Positions 8,993-18,914 of a stretch of DNA of 64,000 bases are shown here, one piece after another. A model generated the notes under the pieces. The model was not told the origin of the DNA and made no database searches. It saw only the letters and a list, made by a program, of their open reading frames with translations. The stretch spans positions 1-64,000 of IMG/VR virus record IMGVR_UViG_3300025832_000005. One strand, given 5' to 3'. The DNA is from an uncultured virus (IMG/VR IMGVR_UViG_3300025832_000005). Taxonomy: Duplodnaviria > Heunggongvirae > Uroviricota > Caudoviricetes. The position numbers were made by a program, and so were the translations under genes. Position 1 is the first letter of the stretch; each line of letters opens with the position of its first letter.

Positions 8993-11227
8993 TTAACTTG
9001 TTTGAATCACAATCTCATCATCAACAATCTCTAGGTGTACTTTAGTAATGTCGTTACCAAATAGTAATGTTTTAGCAAGTGGCTTTTTAATCTTTTCATT
9101 AATTAAACGTGCCATTGGTCTTGCTCCCATACTAGGAGTAAATCCATTATCAGTTAACCAATCAAGAACTTGTGTACTATGCGACATTGCCACACCACGT
9201 GGTGTTAACATATCACGCAACTCTTTAATAAACTTATTAGTAACTTGTTTCATTAATGTCTTATCTAGTTTATTAAACTGTACAACTGCGTCTAAGCGGT
9301 TACGAAACTCTGGACTAAAGAAACGTTTAACTGCTTCATTACTTGCTGTTGTATTATCGTTATCACCAAACCCAATTGTATTACGTTCAGCATCTCTAGC
9401 ACCTAAGTTACTGGTTAAGATAACAATCGCATTACGTGCGCTAACACTTTTGCCTTCACTATTTGTAATCATACCATTGTCCATAAGTTGTAGCAATACA
9501 TTACTTACATCTGGGTGTGCCTTTTCAATCTCATCTAGCAACAAGATACAGTTTGGATTTTCTTCTAGTTTGTTTACCAGCAACCCACTGCCTTGTCCAC
9601 CTTCGCCATAACCTACGTATCCTGGAGGCGCACCAATTAGTTTAGCAACTGTATGACGCTCTTGGTATTCACTCATATCAAAACGTACAAGTGGCATACT
9701 CATAGCATCACTAAGTTGTTTTGCTGTTTCTGTTTTACCTACACCTGTTGGTCCTGTAAACAAGTAACTGCCAACTGGTTTGTTTGGATCTTTAAGTCCT
9801 GCTTTAGCAATGTAGATACTATCTGCTAGTCTTGTAATAGCTTCGTCTTGTCCAAATACTTTTGATGTAACAATACGTTCAATATCAACTGGCTTTTCAG
9901 TTTTGTACTCACTGTCTTTTGTTAGCACTAATTGATCTACTGGAATGCGTGTTAGTTTAGCAACCTCATAACGGATGTCATCAAGCTCTAGTACACTCTT
10001 ACGATCTTCTATTGGTAGTAATGCTTGTCTTGCCGCCGCCGCATCCAGAGCATCAAATGCTTTATCTGGTAACTGACGGTTGTGCCAGTATTGGTGTGTT
10101 AAGTCAACAGCACCATCCAATGCCTTTTGGTCGTATGCTAGTTCATGATATAATTCATATGCTGGAATAGCAGCACGTACAATACGTTTAGCATCCCCCA
10201 CTGTGGGCTCTGGAATATCTACTTTATAAAAACGACGATTAAGTGCTTTGTCTTTTTCAAAGGTTTCACGATACTCGTCATATGTTGTACTACCAATACA
10301 ACGTAGTTTGCCTTTTTGTAATGCTGGCTTTAGTAAGTTAGCAACGTCCATTGCTCCTTGTCCAGCACTGCCTGCTCCCATAATCATATGAATCTCATCA
10401 ATAAACAAGATAGCATCGTCACGGCGCTCTAGTACATCCAAAACTTCTTTAAGACGTTCTTCAAAGTCACCTCTAAACTTAGTACCTGCTAGTAGTGAAC
10501 CAATATCCAAACTATAGATAGTATTGTCTTTAATAACATCCGGAACACGATCTTCATTAATTAGATGTGCTAGTCCTTCAGCAATAGCAGTTTTACCAAC
10601 ACCACTTTCGCCTACTAGGATAACGTTGTTCTTTTTACGTCTAGCAATAGTTTGTACAAGTTGCTCAAGCTCAGTTTCTCGACCAATCATAGGATCAATT
10701 TCACCATTATTAGCTAACATATTTAGATTGTCACAAAACTTTTCTAGTATACGTTCTTGCTTTAATGGTTTATCACGAGTATTAGCTTCTGCTTCTTCAG
10801 TTGCTTCATTAGTTAGATATGAGATTAAGTCTTCTCTAGTAATGTCAAGTTGATTTAGCAATACAACAGATGGCGATTGCTCTTCTGTTAAGATACTAAT
10901 AAGCAAGTCACGTGGGTCAAGTTTCTGTCTACCATTAAACATTGCTTGTGTAAACGCACGATTAAACACACGCTCTAGCATAACTGTCTTTTGTGGTTGA
11001 AACTCTTCCTTGTCAATACTATCAACTTCAGTTTCTAGATAAGTGATAACTAGATCTCTAGTTACCTTTGGATCTTTGTCAATATCATAGAAAATATCCT
11101 GTACTTCTTCTGTTTCCAGCAATATAGCTAGTAGATGTTCTAGTGTAACATATTCATGTTTGTACCCTCGAGTCAATTGAAATAGGCGTTCTACTAGTGC
11201 TTCTATTTTTGGGTCGTTTTGTGACAT
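8993..11227 (-). CDS. clpA: ATP-dependent Clp protease ATP-binding subunit ClpA
   Basis: Clp N-domain (HEYVTLEHLL), two AAA+ modules (GESGVGKT, GPTGVGKT), IGF ClpP-docking loop, no ClpB coiled-coil. Confidence 0.92.
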   Translation of the reverse strand: MSQNDPKIEALVERLFQLTRGYKHEYVTLEHLLAILLETEEVQDIFYDIDKDPKVTRDLVITYLETEVDSIDKEEFQPQKTVMLERVFNRAFTQAMFNGRQKLDPRDLLISILTEEQSPSVVLLNQLDITREDLISYLTNEATEEAEANTRDKPLKQERILEKFCDNLNMLANNGEIDPMIGRETELEQLVQTIARRKKNNVILVGESGVGKTAIAEGLAHLINEDRVPDVIKDNTIYSLDIGSLLAGTKFRGDFEERLKEVLDVLERRDDAILFIDEIHMIMGAGSAGQGAMDVANLLKPALQKGKLRCIGSTTYDEYRETFEKDKALNRRFYKVDIPEPTVGDAKRIVRAAIPAYELYHELAYDQKALDGAVDLTHQYWHNRQLPDKAFDALDAAAARQALLPIEDRKSVLELDDIRYEVAKLTRIPVDQLVLTKDSEYKTEKPVDIERIVTSKVFGQDEAITRLADSIYIAKAGLKDPNKPVGSYLFTGPTGVGKTETAKQLSDAMSMPLVRFDMSEYQERHTVAKLIGAPPGYVGYGEGGQGSGLLVNKLEENPNCILLLDEIEKAHPDVSNVLLQLMDNGMITNSEGKSVSARNAIVILTSNLGARDAERNTIGFGDNDNTTASNEAVKRFFSPEFRNRLDAVVQFNKLDKTLMKQVTNKFIKELRDMLTPRGVAMSHSTQVLDWLTDNGFTPSMGARPMARLINEKIKKPLAKTLLFGNDITKVHLEIVDDEIVIQTS

Positions 11228-11255
11228 TTATAATCCTTTTATCTTTATTAATATT

Positions 11256-11284
11256 AATATAGTGTATCTTACGTCAGATGTCAA
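11256..11284 (-). promoter_or_regulatory. Sigma70-type promoter upstream of clpA
   Basis: TTGACA-N17 (contains ACGT core)-TATATT. Confidence 0.7.
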
Positions 11285-11287
11285 CAG

Positions 11288-12052
11288 CTAGATTACATCT
11301 TTAAGCAATTTATTTAAGTCTTGTTCAGTTAGTTTTGGAATATCTACCATTATTTCTACATACAAATTTCCATTGGAATTTCCACGACGTGGCAGTCCAC
11401 ACTCTGGTATTCGTAATCGTGTTTTAGATTGTGTACCTGGGTTAATCTTTAGTTTTATACTTCTGTTATCAAGTGTTGTAATAATCTTTTCTGTTCCTAA
11501 CATCGCTTCTCTTATACTAATATTTAACTGTTTTGTTAAATTAAACTCTTCTACGACAAATATTGGATGTCTTTTTAAACGATATCGTACAATTAGATTT
11601 CCTGGAATACCTGGTTGTGATATTTGTCCAAATCCAGTATACTTTACTTCAACACCATCATATATACCAGCAGGTATAGTTATAGTTAAGTTGCGAACTT
11701 CATTGTTGTGTTTTACTTCAATATCTTTTGGAGTATTGCTGATTAGTTCTTCTAGTGTTACATGGTATGTAATATGTATGTCTTGATTACGTGGTTGTCG
11801 CTGTGTAAAGTTAAAGTGTTGTTTAAATAGATCCTCAAATCCACGCATATCATTTTGGTTATGAAACCCTTGAGATCGATCTTGTTGTGGGGGATTTTTG
11901 ATATTATCGTAAGCCTCGTTAATAGTCTTAAACTTTTCTTCATCGCCGCCACGGTCAGGGTGATGTTGTTTAGCTAATTTACGATATGCTTGTTTGATTT
12001 CATCTTCGGACGCAGTTTGGCTGACACCCAAGACACTATAAGGATTAGTCAT
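11288..12052 (-). CDS. DnaJ/CbpA-type co-chaperone (no zinc finger)
   Basis: J-domain with HPD motif followed by DnaJ C-terminal domain. Confidence 0.9.
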   Translation of the reverse strand: MTNPYSVLGVSQTASEDEIKQAYRKLAKQHHPDRGGDEEKFKTINEAYDNIKNPPQQDRSQGFHNQNDMRGFEDLFKQHFNFTQRQPRNQDIHITYHVTLEELISNTPKDIEVKHNNEVRNLTITIPAGIYDGVEVKYTGFGQISQPGIPGNLIVRYRLKRHPIFVVEEFNLTKQLNISIREAMLGTEKIITTLDNRSIKLKINPGTQSKTRLRIPECGLPRRGNSNGNLYVEIMVDIPKLTEQDLNKLLKDVI

Positions 12053-12440
12053 CTACTGTTTGATTATGTTCCGCTATTGCCGCATCTGATTCTTTGTAAT
12101 AGCCTTCGTATGCCGCAATGATTGCTTGCTGTTGTTGTACTAGCGCACGAATGTCACTAAAGTTTAATCCAAGATTAGCATAGCCATCACCAGTAAGTCC
12201 ATAGATAGCAAATGGCTTTCCGCTCTGTGCTAGTGTAGCTATTACTGAATCCAAATTATCTTCGTTAATAACAACCCAGTTGACTTCTTTTAAATTGAGT
12301 TCATCAACTGCTGGCAATGTTAGCTCAGGTCGTTGGATTGGTTTTGCGCTTATCTCAATCGTTTGTTGGGGCTGAGAACACGCTGTTAGGAGTATGACCA
12401 GGCCAAAGCCAAGGGCACTCTTTGTTAAAACTGATTTCAT
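12045..12440 (-). CDS. Outer-membrane spanin (o-spanin, lipoprotein)
   Basis: Lipobox LLTAC; overlaps the 3' end of a coiled-coil TM gene. Confidence 0.7.
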   Translation of the reverse strand: MKSVLTKSALGFGLVILLTACSQPQQTIEISAKPIQRPELTLPAVDELNLKEVNWVVINEDNLDSVIATLAQSGKPFAIYGLTGDGYANLGLNFSDIRALVQQQQAIIAAYEGYYKESDAAIAEHNQTVDD

Positions 12441-12837
12441 TTTCTGCATTCTTTTCTTTTTCGGTTAGTGGGCTTCCACTCAAGATTTCAAAACATCTTC
12501 CTGCGTTTTCAGTCCCACGGTTAACAGCACGTTCAATACCTTCAGGATTAGCAAGTGCCGCAGCTGTTAGGTCTATCTTTTCTAACTTGTTTGCTAGCTC
12601 TTGATTCTGTCTACGTATTTGTGTATATGCTTCATTTATTTGAGACAACTCTGTATTGACTCTAGCATAATCTGCTTGTAAACTTTCCAGTGCTTGTTCG
12701 TTAGTTTGTACTGCTATTTCTAGTTTGGCGTTATTCTCTTGTAGTACGGCCATGCGAGCTTGAGTATCAGTATAATACCAATACCCTATACCGCCCATTA
12801 CAGCGATAACAATTAATAACAATCCTGCTAGTCTCAT
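12355..12837 (-). CDS. Inner-membrane spanin (i-spanin)
   Basis: N-terminal TM helix, long coiled coil, C-terminal Cys residues, overlapping lipoprotein gene. Confidence 0.7.
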   Translation of the reverse strand: MRLAGLLLIVIAVMGGIGYWYYTDTQARMAVLQENNAKLEIAVQTNEQALESLQADYARVNTELSQINEAYTQIRRQNQELANKLEKIDLTAAALANPEGIERAVNRGTENAGRCFEILSGSPLTEKEKNAENEISFNKECPWLWPGHTPNSVFSAPTND

Positions 12838-12855
12838 TACTTATACCTATTCCAG

Positions 12856-13329
12856 TTACAGTCCGGCGAGGCTACGAACTCTTTCAAGTGACTCATCAAT
12901 TTCTGGTGCTGGAGGATACTTTAGTACATATTTTTCTGAATTATTAACCACTGTACTAGATAAGTTATCTTCTGTTAAATCAATTGCGCTATCACCTTTG
13001 TAGTAATTATATTTCCACTCTGTAATACCAGTTACTTGACTAGCAACTTTAACAATATTCATAATTTTTTCATATAGTCCTGAGTCACGATTAAATTCAA
13101 CAAACACCATTGTGTTTCCTTGACCGTTTGGACCTTCACTAACGTCTACATCTAGATGTTCAGTTACGTCAGTTTCAATTAAGTTACTTAGATCTCTTGC
13201 TGGTTGCTCAAATTTAACTTCAAACGCAACAACAACTGTTTCATTTGATTCGCCAATCTTGGGAGTATACTGGTCAATACTAATTGTTGGAGTTACTAAG
13301 TTCTCCATTTCACCATATTTTACTGTCAT
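12856..13329 (-). CDS. Conserved hypothetical protein
   Basis: 157-aa ORF coupled to upstream gene. Confidence 0.6.
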   Translation of the reverse strand: MTVKYGEMENLVTPTISIDQYTPKIGESNETVVVAFEVKFEQPARDLSNLIETDVTEHLDVDVSEGPNGQGNTMVFVEFNRDSGLYEKIMNIVKVASQVTGITEWKYNYYKGDSAIDLTEDNLSSTVVNNSEKYVLKYPPAPEIDESLERVRSLAGL

Positions 13330-13868
13330 TCTAAACCACCTGTTAAATCTTCTTTATTAGGAGCAATGTCATTATCGTAATCAGTGTCATAAGCACTATC
13401 AACATCGCTCATATCAATATCAACGCCATTAATTGTAACTTTACTACTATCAAACTCACTAACAAAGTCACGTGGCATTTCAATTGTCACTAACCAAATT
13501 GGTGTAGTTTTTTTCTTTGGCTTACGTTTACCTGTGTCAGTATCTATTTCGCCAAGATCATCTGGTGATGTAATTTTAACTGGTTCAATAAGTTCATCCT
13601 TTTTGTAATAAACTTTTGCTCCGTGTTTGATTAATCTTAATGCCGCATCAGGGTCAGGCATTAAGTTTTTTGGATACATTAGTGTTACTGTAATCCAATA
13701 TCTACTTACGTCTGGTCCTGCTATTACTTCACCATATTCCCAGTTCTTATAACTGTACATATGTAAATTATCCAAAACTTCCTCGAATTCAATCAACACA
13801 TTTAAGCTGTTAGTTGAATCTATAATACCATCTAGGGTATTCTTTAATTGTTCAATATCTGTACTCAT
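13326..13868 (-). CDS. Conserved jumbo-phage hypothetical protein
   Basis: 180 aa, YKNW..GE...GP...RYW...MPDP motif. Confidence 0.6.
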   Translation of the reverse strand: MSTDIEQLKNTLDGIIDSTNSLNVLIEFEEVLDNLHMYSYKNWEYGEVIAGPDVSRYWITVTLMYPKNLMPDPDAALRLIKHGAKVYYKKDELIEPVKITSPDDLGEIDTDTGKRKPKKKTTPIWLVTIEMPRDFVSEFDSSKVTINGVDIDMSDVDSAYDTDYDNDIAPNKEDLTGGLE

Positions 13869-13932
13869 CTTAGTATTATTTATGCTCCTTTAATAAATAC
13901 TCTTGTGGACACATTGGGCTCAGCTTTAACCA

Positions 13933-14658
13933 ATGGAGCACTACATGTCAAGAAGAGCGAGAAAACAAAATAGCAAGGCAAATTTTAACAATATGGTTGT
14001 AGAACTACAGACATATCGCAAAAAGAAGATAACTATTTTACCACGTAATGTACATCAGGAAGATTACATTGCGATATTAGACGACACCCAAACACCAATA
14101 GCATTTGCAACTGGTCCTGCTGGAACAGGTAAAACCATGCTGGCTGTCCAAATGGGCATTCAGAAGTTTGAGTCGGGTGAGATTAGTAAAATAGTAATCA
14201 CACGTCCTGCTGTAAGCGTTGACGAACAACACGGGTTCCTACCCGGCAGTCTTAAAGATAAGATGGCACCCTGGACACGACCAATATTCGACGTATTAGA
14301 AGAACATTGGGATCCAAAGCAAGTGGAAAAGATGATCGAGAACAAAGAGATCGAGATCGCCCCACTAGCTTATATGCGTGGTAGAACATTCAAACAGTGC
14401 TGGATTGTAGCAGACGAAATGCAAAATGCTACACCAGAACAAATGAAAATGTTACTAACACGTATTGGTACTGGTTCTAAAATCGTTGTTACAGGAGACT
14501 TAGCACAACATGATAGAGGATATGATAATAATGGTCTAAAAGACTTTACAACCAAACTAACCGACAAACACAATACAATCAAATGCGTACATTTTACAAA
14601 ACAAGATGTTGAAAGACATCCTGCTGTTGTAGATGTACTAAACATTTATGGCGAATAA
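13933..14658 (+). CDS. phoH: PhoH-family ATPase
   Basis: GPAGTGKT Walker A, TRPAV, GFLPG, YMRGRTF, DEMQN, TGDLAQ. Confidence 0.93.
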   Translation: MEHYMSRRARKQNSKANFNNMVVELQTYRKKKITILPRNVHQEDYIAILDDTQTPIAFATGPAGTGKTMLAVQMGIQKFESGEISKIVITRPAVSVDEQHGFLPGSLKDKMAPWTRPIFDVLEEHWDPKQVEKMIENKEIEIAPLAYMRGRTFKQCWIVADEMQNATPEQMKMLLTRIGTGSKIVVTGDLAQHDRGYDNNGLKDFTTKLTDKHNTIKCVHFTKQDVERHPAVVDVLNIYGE

Positions 14659-15234
14659 TTAAGATTTAACAATAGTATTATACACCTGAGCCCATGTGTC
14701 TACTTTCTTAACACCGTCATAATCGAACCAAGCATTGTGTTCGTGTCGTATCAACAAACTCTTTAAGCCAAGGTCTGCACCTAATTTGGCATTCTCAGGC
14801 TTGTCTTCAATCCAAAACAGTCCACTATCTTTATAAGGTAGTAGAGCTTCGTCTTTATCTGCTCCAGTATCTAGACATGTAACAAAGTCGAATACATCAC
14901 CAAACAAGTTAACCAAGTTCTGTGTACGAAGTTCCTTAGCATAAGGATCTAAGCTCAAACTAGTAATGGCTCCAAAACGATAACCTGCTTTAACAAGTTG
15001 CTCAACACCATATTGTACATCACGTAATGGCTTTAAGCAACACATCCAAGCACTATTGTTAAACTCTGAGATCAATGCTTTGATATGGTTACGCTTTTGC
15101 CCATATACAACATGCATGTCATACGTAGCAATACTATTACGTTGGAAGCCTTTGCTTTCCATCCAATCATGAAACGCAGCCTCCCAATCAAGCATTACAC
15201 CATCGATATCTGTTAGTACTATATTCTTATTCAT
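14659..15234 (-). CDS. HAD-family 5'(3')-deoxyribonucleotidase-like protein
   Basis: DIDGV motif I, WIEDKPEN motif. Confidence 0.8.
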   Translation of the reverse strand: MNKNIVLTDIDGVMLDWEAAFHDWMESKGFQRNSIATYDMHVVYGQKRNHIKALISEFNNSAWMCCLKPLRDVQYGVEQLVKAGYRFGAITSLSLDPYAKELRTQNLVNLFGDVFDFVTCLDTGADKDEALLPYKDSGLFWIEDKPENAKLGADLGLKSLLIRHEHNAWFDYDGVKKVDTWAQVYNTIVKS

Positions 15235-15266
15235 ATTATTAATCTTTCTTCTTAATTTACTCTTAT

Positions 15267-15295
15267 ACTATACAGTAAGACGCCTTGGTTGTCAA
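15267..15295 (-). promoter_or_regulatory. Sigma70-type early promoter with conserved palindromic spacer
   Basis: TTGACA-accaaggcgtcttactg-TATAGT. Confidence 0.8.
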
Positions 15296-15975
15296 GTGCT
15301 AATTTTAGGAAAAAGCATATTATTACAAAAAAGTTCTACATCTTCTTCTGGCAATCCAAGTGACTTCATTACATTAGCAGTGTGTGGATTTAGCTTCTGA
15401 TTATCACAATAATAGTTTTGTGCCTTAATTACCGCTGGGTCACGTTCGCCTGCTGTATATTCGCCAACCTCGCTTAAATATGCTGTTAAATTATCTGTAG
15501 CAATACGAATAATTTCATCTACTTCAGCTTCATCAGTAACGTTACCAGCGGCAAGCATTTTACTTGTAAAGATATTACGAGCCCACTCAGGCAGTTCACG
15601 TTGCTTTTTGGGTACAAAGTGATCAACACTGTCAAAATACCCTTGTATCATATTATGCTCTCGATTACTACTAGGAGAGAAATCATGGAACGCTCCAGTT
15701 ATCTTACGTTTACCAGCAATAACATCAAAGCCATAGATAGGAGCATCGTTGTTTAGGACTGGAAATATACATACGTGCATCATCCAAAGTCCTCGACTCT
15801 CTCTAGCATCTACAACGTCAATATGGGCTCTACGAATATTATCGTTAGCCCATACACGGTTTACCCAGCCGTCTCTATTAAAATAGTCTAGCCCTGGTTC
15901 ATTATCTTCATGGCAGTGTGCATCGAGGACGTCCACTATCTGTTTCTGGCACAGGGCCAGTTTGTCCCATATCAT
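15292..15975 (-). CDS. Ferredoxin-dependent bilin reductase (PcyA/PcyX-like)
   Basis: RRAHIDVVD, LWMMHVCIFP, PIYGFDVIAG..KITGAFHDFSP, LPEWA.IF, QN.YC..Q..NPHT; start moved to ATG 15975 with AGGAG RBS. Confidence 0.85.
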   Translation of the reverse strand: MIWDKLALCQKQIVDVLDAHCHEDNEPGLDYFNRDGWVNRVWANDNIRRAHIDVVDARESRGLWMMHVCIFPVLNNDAPIYGFDVIAGKRKITGAFHDFSPSSNREHNMIQGYFDSVDHFVPKKQRELPEWARNIFTSKMLAAGNVTDEAEVDEIIRIATDNLTAYLSEVGEYTAGERDPAVIKAQNYYCDNQKLNPHTANVMKSLGLPEEDVELFCNNMLFPKIST

Positions 15976-16192
15976 TCCATTTCTCCTGTTCATTTTCCAT
16001 TGTTTTCTTACATTGAATAATAAGTTGCTTTTCAATACGAGTAAAATCGTTCCAACGTTTAGCAAAGACAGTAGTACCAAATGTTTCTAGTTCATCTGAT
16101 ATACGGCTTAGCATATTTGCTAGCTCAAGATTTTCTGTTGTTCTATAAGACAAATCGCTCATGTAACGTCCAACTGCTGCTGCATCAATCAT
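15908..16192 (-). CDS. Hypothetical protein
   Basis: ORF coupled to upstream gene. Confidence 0.5.
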   Translation of the reverse strand: MIDAAAVGRYMSDLSYRTTENLELANMLSRISDELETFGTTVFAKRWNDFTRIEKQLIIQCKKTMENEQEKWNDMGQTGPVPETDSGRPRCTLP

Positions 16193-16470
16193 ATTCTTAC
16201 TTCCACTTCTTTGTATGTTTTATTAAAACGGTTAACTGTACCACATAGTGCGTGGTGATTATCTTTATCAATGGCATAAACCATTGCGGCTCTAACTTTA
16301 TTTTCATCTGATACAATGTTTGTACCATATTCAATTGCTTCACTAATAGTATCAAAGCTCTTGCCAATACGACTGTTTGTTACTGGCTGAAACAATACTA
16401 CATTATAGTGATGTGGATTGTCTCGGATGCTCTTTTCAAAAACATCCATGTCATTAACACGTTTAGTCAT
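16189..16470 (-). CDS. Hypothetical protein
   Basis: 93-aa ORF with TAATG coupling. Confidence 0.6.
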   Translation of the reverse strand: MTKRVNDMDVFEKSIRDNPHHYNVVLFQPVTNSRIGKSFDTISEAIEYGTNIVSDENKVRAAMVYAIDKDNHHALCGTVNRFNKTYKEVEVRI

Positions 16471-16712
16471 TATGATGTTGCCATTTCAAAACGTGCTTCT
16501 GACTCAGCTTCTTCACGCATTTCAGCAATTATAACGTTTACAATTTCATCAAATGCGGCGTAAAAAGCCTTTGTGCCGTCAAACAATTTATTACACTCAT
16601 CAAACGCATCTGCGTCAACAAAACTCCAGTTAATGCTACCATCAGCGTTCCAGTTATCTGAATCGAAAGTTGCAGTGTTAATTGATTCTTGTAATGTTGC
16701 GTAATTTGACAT
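16470..16712 (-). CDS. Hypothetical protein
   Basis: 80 aa, INWSFVDAD motif; first gene after a promoter-like element. Confidence 0.6.
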   Translation of the reverse strand: MSNYATLQESINTATFDSDNWNADGSINWSFVDADAFDECNKLFDGTKAFYAAFDEIVNVIIAEMREEAESEARFEMATS

Positions 16713-16841
16713 ATTGTAATCTTTCTGTTTAACTAACTTATATACATGTTCTAGCAGTTCTAGACCAAGATGTCAACAGAAAACAGAACAAATGTTTTCA
16801 ATGAAAACAACAGGTTATAAAATAATTCAAATTAATTTAAA

Positions 16842-17027
16842 TTAAAGTCCTAAAATACGCTCGGGTTTCTCTTGTAAACCTTTATGTGGATTACGAGTTA
16901 GGTACTCACTAACTTGTTCAAAGTAGAAAGCACAATCTTCTTCGCCATTTGCGTCTAGCTTTCGTGCGCTTTCCTTAAAAAAGTTAATTAATTCTCGGTA
17001 ACCGATACGTCCATCATTCTGTGTCAT
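16842..17027 (-). CDS. Hypothetical protein
   Basis: 61-aa ORF in gene array. Confidence 0.55.
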   Translation of the reverse strand: MTQNDGRIGYRELINFFKESARKLDANGEEDCAFYFEQVSEYLTRNPHKGLQEKPERILGL

Positions 17028-17307
17028 TGATTAGGGTACTCCATGTTTTAAGTTTTTCACGTTTAATTTGACTGCGTTGGTAGATTTCAGCTTCTCCAAC
17101 TAGTCCATGATCAATTAACAAATCAATCATACAGTAAACATCGCCTACTTCTTCAAGTAGTTTTTGACGATATTTGTCATCAATCTGTTCAATATTCTCG
17201 TAACGCCTCAAATACTTCATGCATACTTGGGTCAATTCTCCGCACTCTTCGGCGGTTATTGCCATCAGTTGTTGTAGTGTGTTGATTGGTGTTTCCGTCT
17301 GTTTCAA
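17014..17307 (-). CDS. MazG-like nucleotide pyrophosphohydrolase
   Basis: EECGEL...EEVGDV ExxE/ExxD motif. Confidence 0.8.
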   Translation of the reverse strand: MKQTETPINTLQQLMAITAEECGELTQVCMKYLRRYENIEQIDDKYRQKLLEEVGDVYCMIDLLIDHGLVGEAEIYQRSQIKREKLKTWSTLINDTE

Positions 17308-17381
17308 AGTTCTCTTCCTCGATCATTTGAAATGCTCTCTCGAACATTGGGTGATTATAGTTTTGTAGAATCTCGCTAATT

Positions 17382-17651
17382 TTAACGCCGTCGATATCCT
17401 GGATTTTCATTATTGATGCTGCTTTCAAGTTTGTTGATAATTTTATGTTCACGTCTATTTTTTATGAGGTTTTCTTCCTCTGTACTATATGTACTACAAC
17501 GTTCTAGTTTATCTTCTAGATACCATAATAGTTCATATAAATCTTTTTTACATCTCCACGTTACAAAACCATCCATACGTGGGTCTGATTCGGCCCATGC
17601 GATTTTATCTACATGAGCCTTTACTTCATCTATGGACCAATCAATGATCAT
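17382..17651 (-). CDS. Hypothetical protein
   Basis: 89 aa, DGFVTW.CKKDLY motif. Confidence 0.55.
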   Translation of the reverse strand: MIIDWSIDEVKAHVDKIAWAESDPRMDGFVTWRCKKDLYELLWYLEDKLERCSTYSTEEENLIKNRREHKIINKLESSINNENPGYRRR

Positions 17652-17923
17652 ACATCAGATATTTTATTAATAATATCACGTTCACGACGAGCTTCAGCCT
17701 TTACTTTGGATTTAGCACTGCTGATTGCTATACTAATACCAATATAAGCAAACCAAATAATTAGTGTGCCGTAGATAATAAACTCAGGATTTGAACTATA
17801 TGTGTTCACAGCATCTACTGCTAGTGTAATTGTGCCAATAAACAGCATAAATCCTAGTACATAGCTGAACGCATATACATAAATGCGAGTATTATCTGAT
17901 AGATTACGAATTAAATTTAGCAT
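17648..17923 (-). CDS. Small 2-TM membrane protein
   Basis: Two hydrophobic segments. Confidence 0.55.
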   Translation of the reverse strand: MLNLIRNLSDNTRIYVYAFSYVLGFMLFIGTITLAVDAVNTYSSNPEFIIYGTLIIWFAYIGISIAISSAKSKVKAEARRERDIINKISDV

Positions 17924-17934
17924 GGGAGGTTCCT

Positions 17935-18117
17935 TTACATTTCCATTTCAATTTGATAACCAGGTGCGTTCCGTTCGAACTCATCTAGCTCTGCTTGCTT
18001 ACGTACAAGCATACTGCGAAGTGATTGGCGAGCCATTCTCTTCTCGTCTGATGCGCCTTCCTCCCAGGCGATAAGAACATTTTGGATTGTTTCAATATCA
18101 AAAACTACATCAGTCAT
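17935..18117 (-). CDS. Hypothetical protein
   Basis: 60-aa ORF with AAGGA RBS. Confidence 0.55.
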   Translation of the reverse strand: MTDVVFDIETIQNVLIAWEEGASDEKRMARQSLRSMLVRKQAELDEFERNAPGYQIEMEM

Positions 18118-18340
18118 TTTATTTTCCTTTTATTAATTATTAACAGTTACTGATACAACTTTGTATCCAGAATATTGATTCTCAAGAAGTGCTCGAGAAT
18201 TATAATCATTCTGTTCTATATAAATCTTAGTCTCTAATGGACCAGCTTGATTAAAGTCAGTTTTTACGAGCGTTGCTACATAGTTAGACATTTTATTTTC
18301 CTTTTAATTGAATTAATATCAACAGCATAACAAATAAATG

Positions 18341-18862
18341 CTATGCTGTCAACTGTTTTTCTTCCAGTGCCCAACGAGCATCTAGGTATATTGGTGTGTC
18401 TTTAACACGAACCATTTCGTCCAACAACAGTGACATTTCACGACGGTAAACTCTCCAGAAACTAGGATCGTTATCAGCGATGTCATATGCGTTGTCTATA
18501 ATGTCAGCACACTTTATGAACTGCGAGTCAGCTGTCGCATTTGCGGTGTGTTGCCTGTCTATGGTTTTACGTGCTTCACGGTTACCATCGCCAGGCTTAC
18601 TGACGTCTGTGAGATCATCAACATATTTTGCAACAATACTGCCGAACAGGCTAGTGATAACATCCATAGTAACATCTGTGTCCTCCACAACATCGTGTAA
18701 GTATGCGGCGGCTATCATAGTATCAGTACCGCCGTATTGTTTGACAAGATTCGCAACACGAGTAGGGTGAACAATATAGTCAGCACCATCATACTTGCGC
18801 TTTTGTCCAACAGCAGCATGAGCCGCCGTTGCAAAAGTATATGCTTTCTCTACAATAGTCAT
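18341..18862 (-). CDS. HD-domain small alarmone hydrolase (SpoT/Mesh1-like)
   Basis: AH..QKRK...YIVHP..VA, AAYLHDVVEDT, IKCAD..DN. Confidence 0.85.
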   Translation of the reverse strand: MTIVEKAYTFATAAHAAVGQKRKYDGADYIVHPTRVANLVKQYGGTDTMIAAAYLHDVVEDTDVTMDVITSLFGSIVAKYVDDLTDVSKPGDGNREARKTIDRQHTANATADSQFIKCADIIDNAYDIADNDPSFWRVYRREMSLLLDEMVRVKDTPIYLDARWALEEKQLTA

Positions 18863-18866
18863 TTAA

Positions 18867-18897
18867 GACTCCTTAGTTCAAGTAATGTGGACCAGTC
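18867..18897. repeat. 31-bp direct repeat, copy 1
   Basis: gactccttagttcaagtaatgtggaccagtc, identical to 19264..19294. Confidence 0.95.
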
Positions 18898-18914
18898 TTC
18901 ATATCGTTGATACA

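Noticed and set aside
15976..16080. Long N-terminal extensions in the ORF track (bilin reductase, prs, iscA, csgF, 397..906 and others)
   Set aside because: They overlap upstream genes or promoters; downstream ATGs with RBS match the family N-termini.
17189..17452. 87-aa ORF between the MazG-like gene and 17382..17651
   Set aside because: Overlaps both neighbours substantially and has no recognisable motif; a shorter real gene cannot be excluded.
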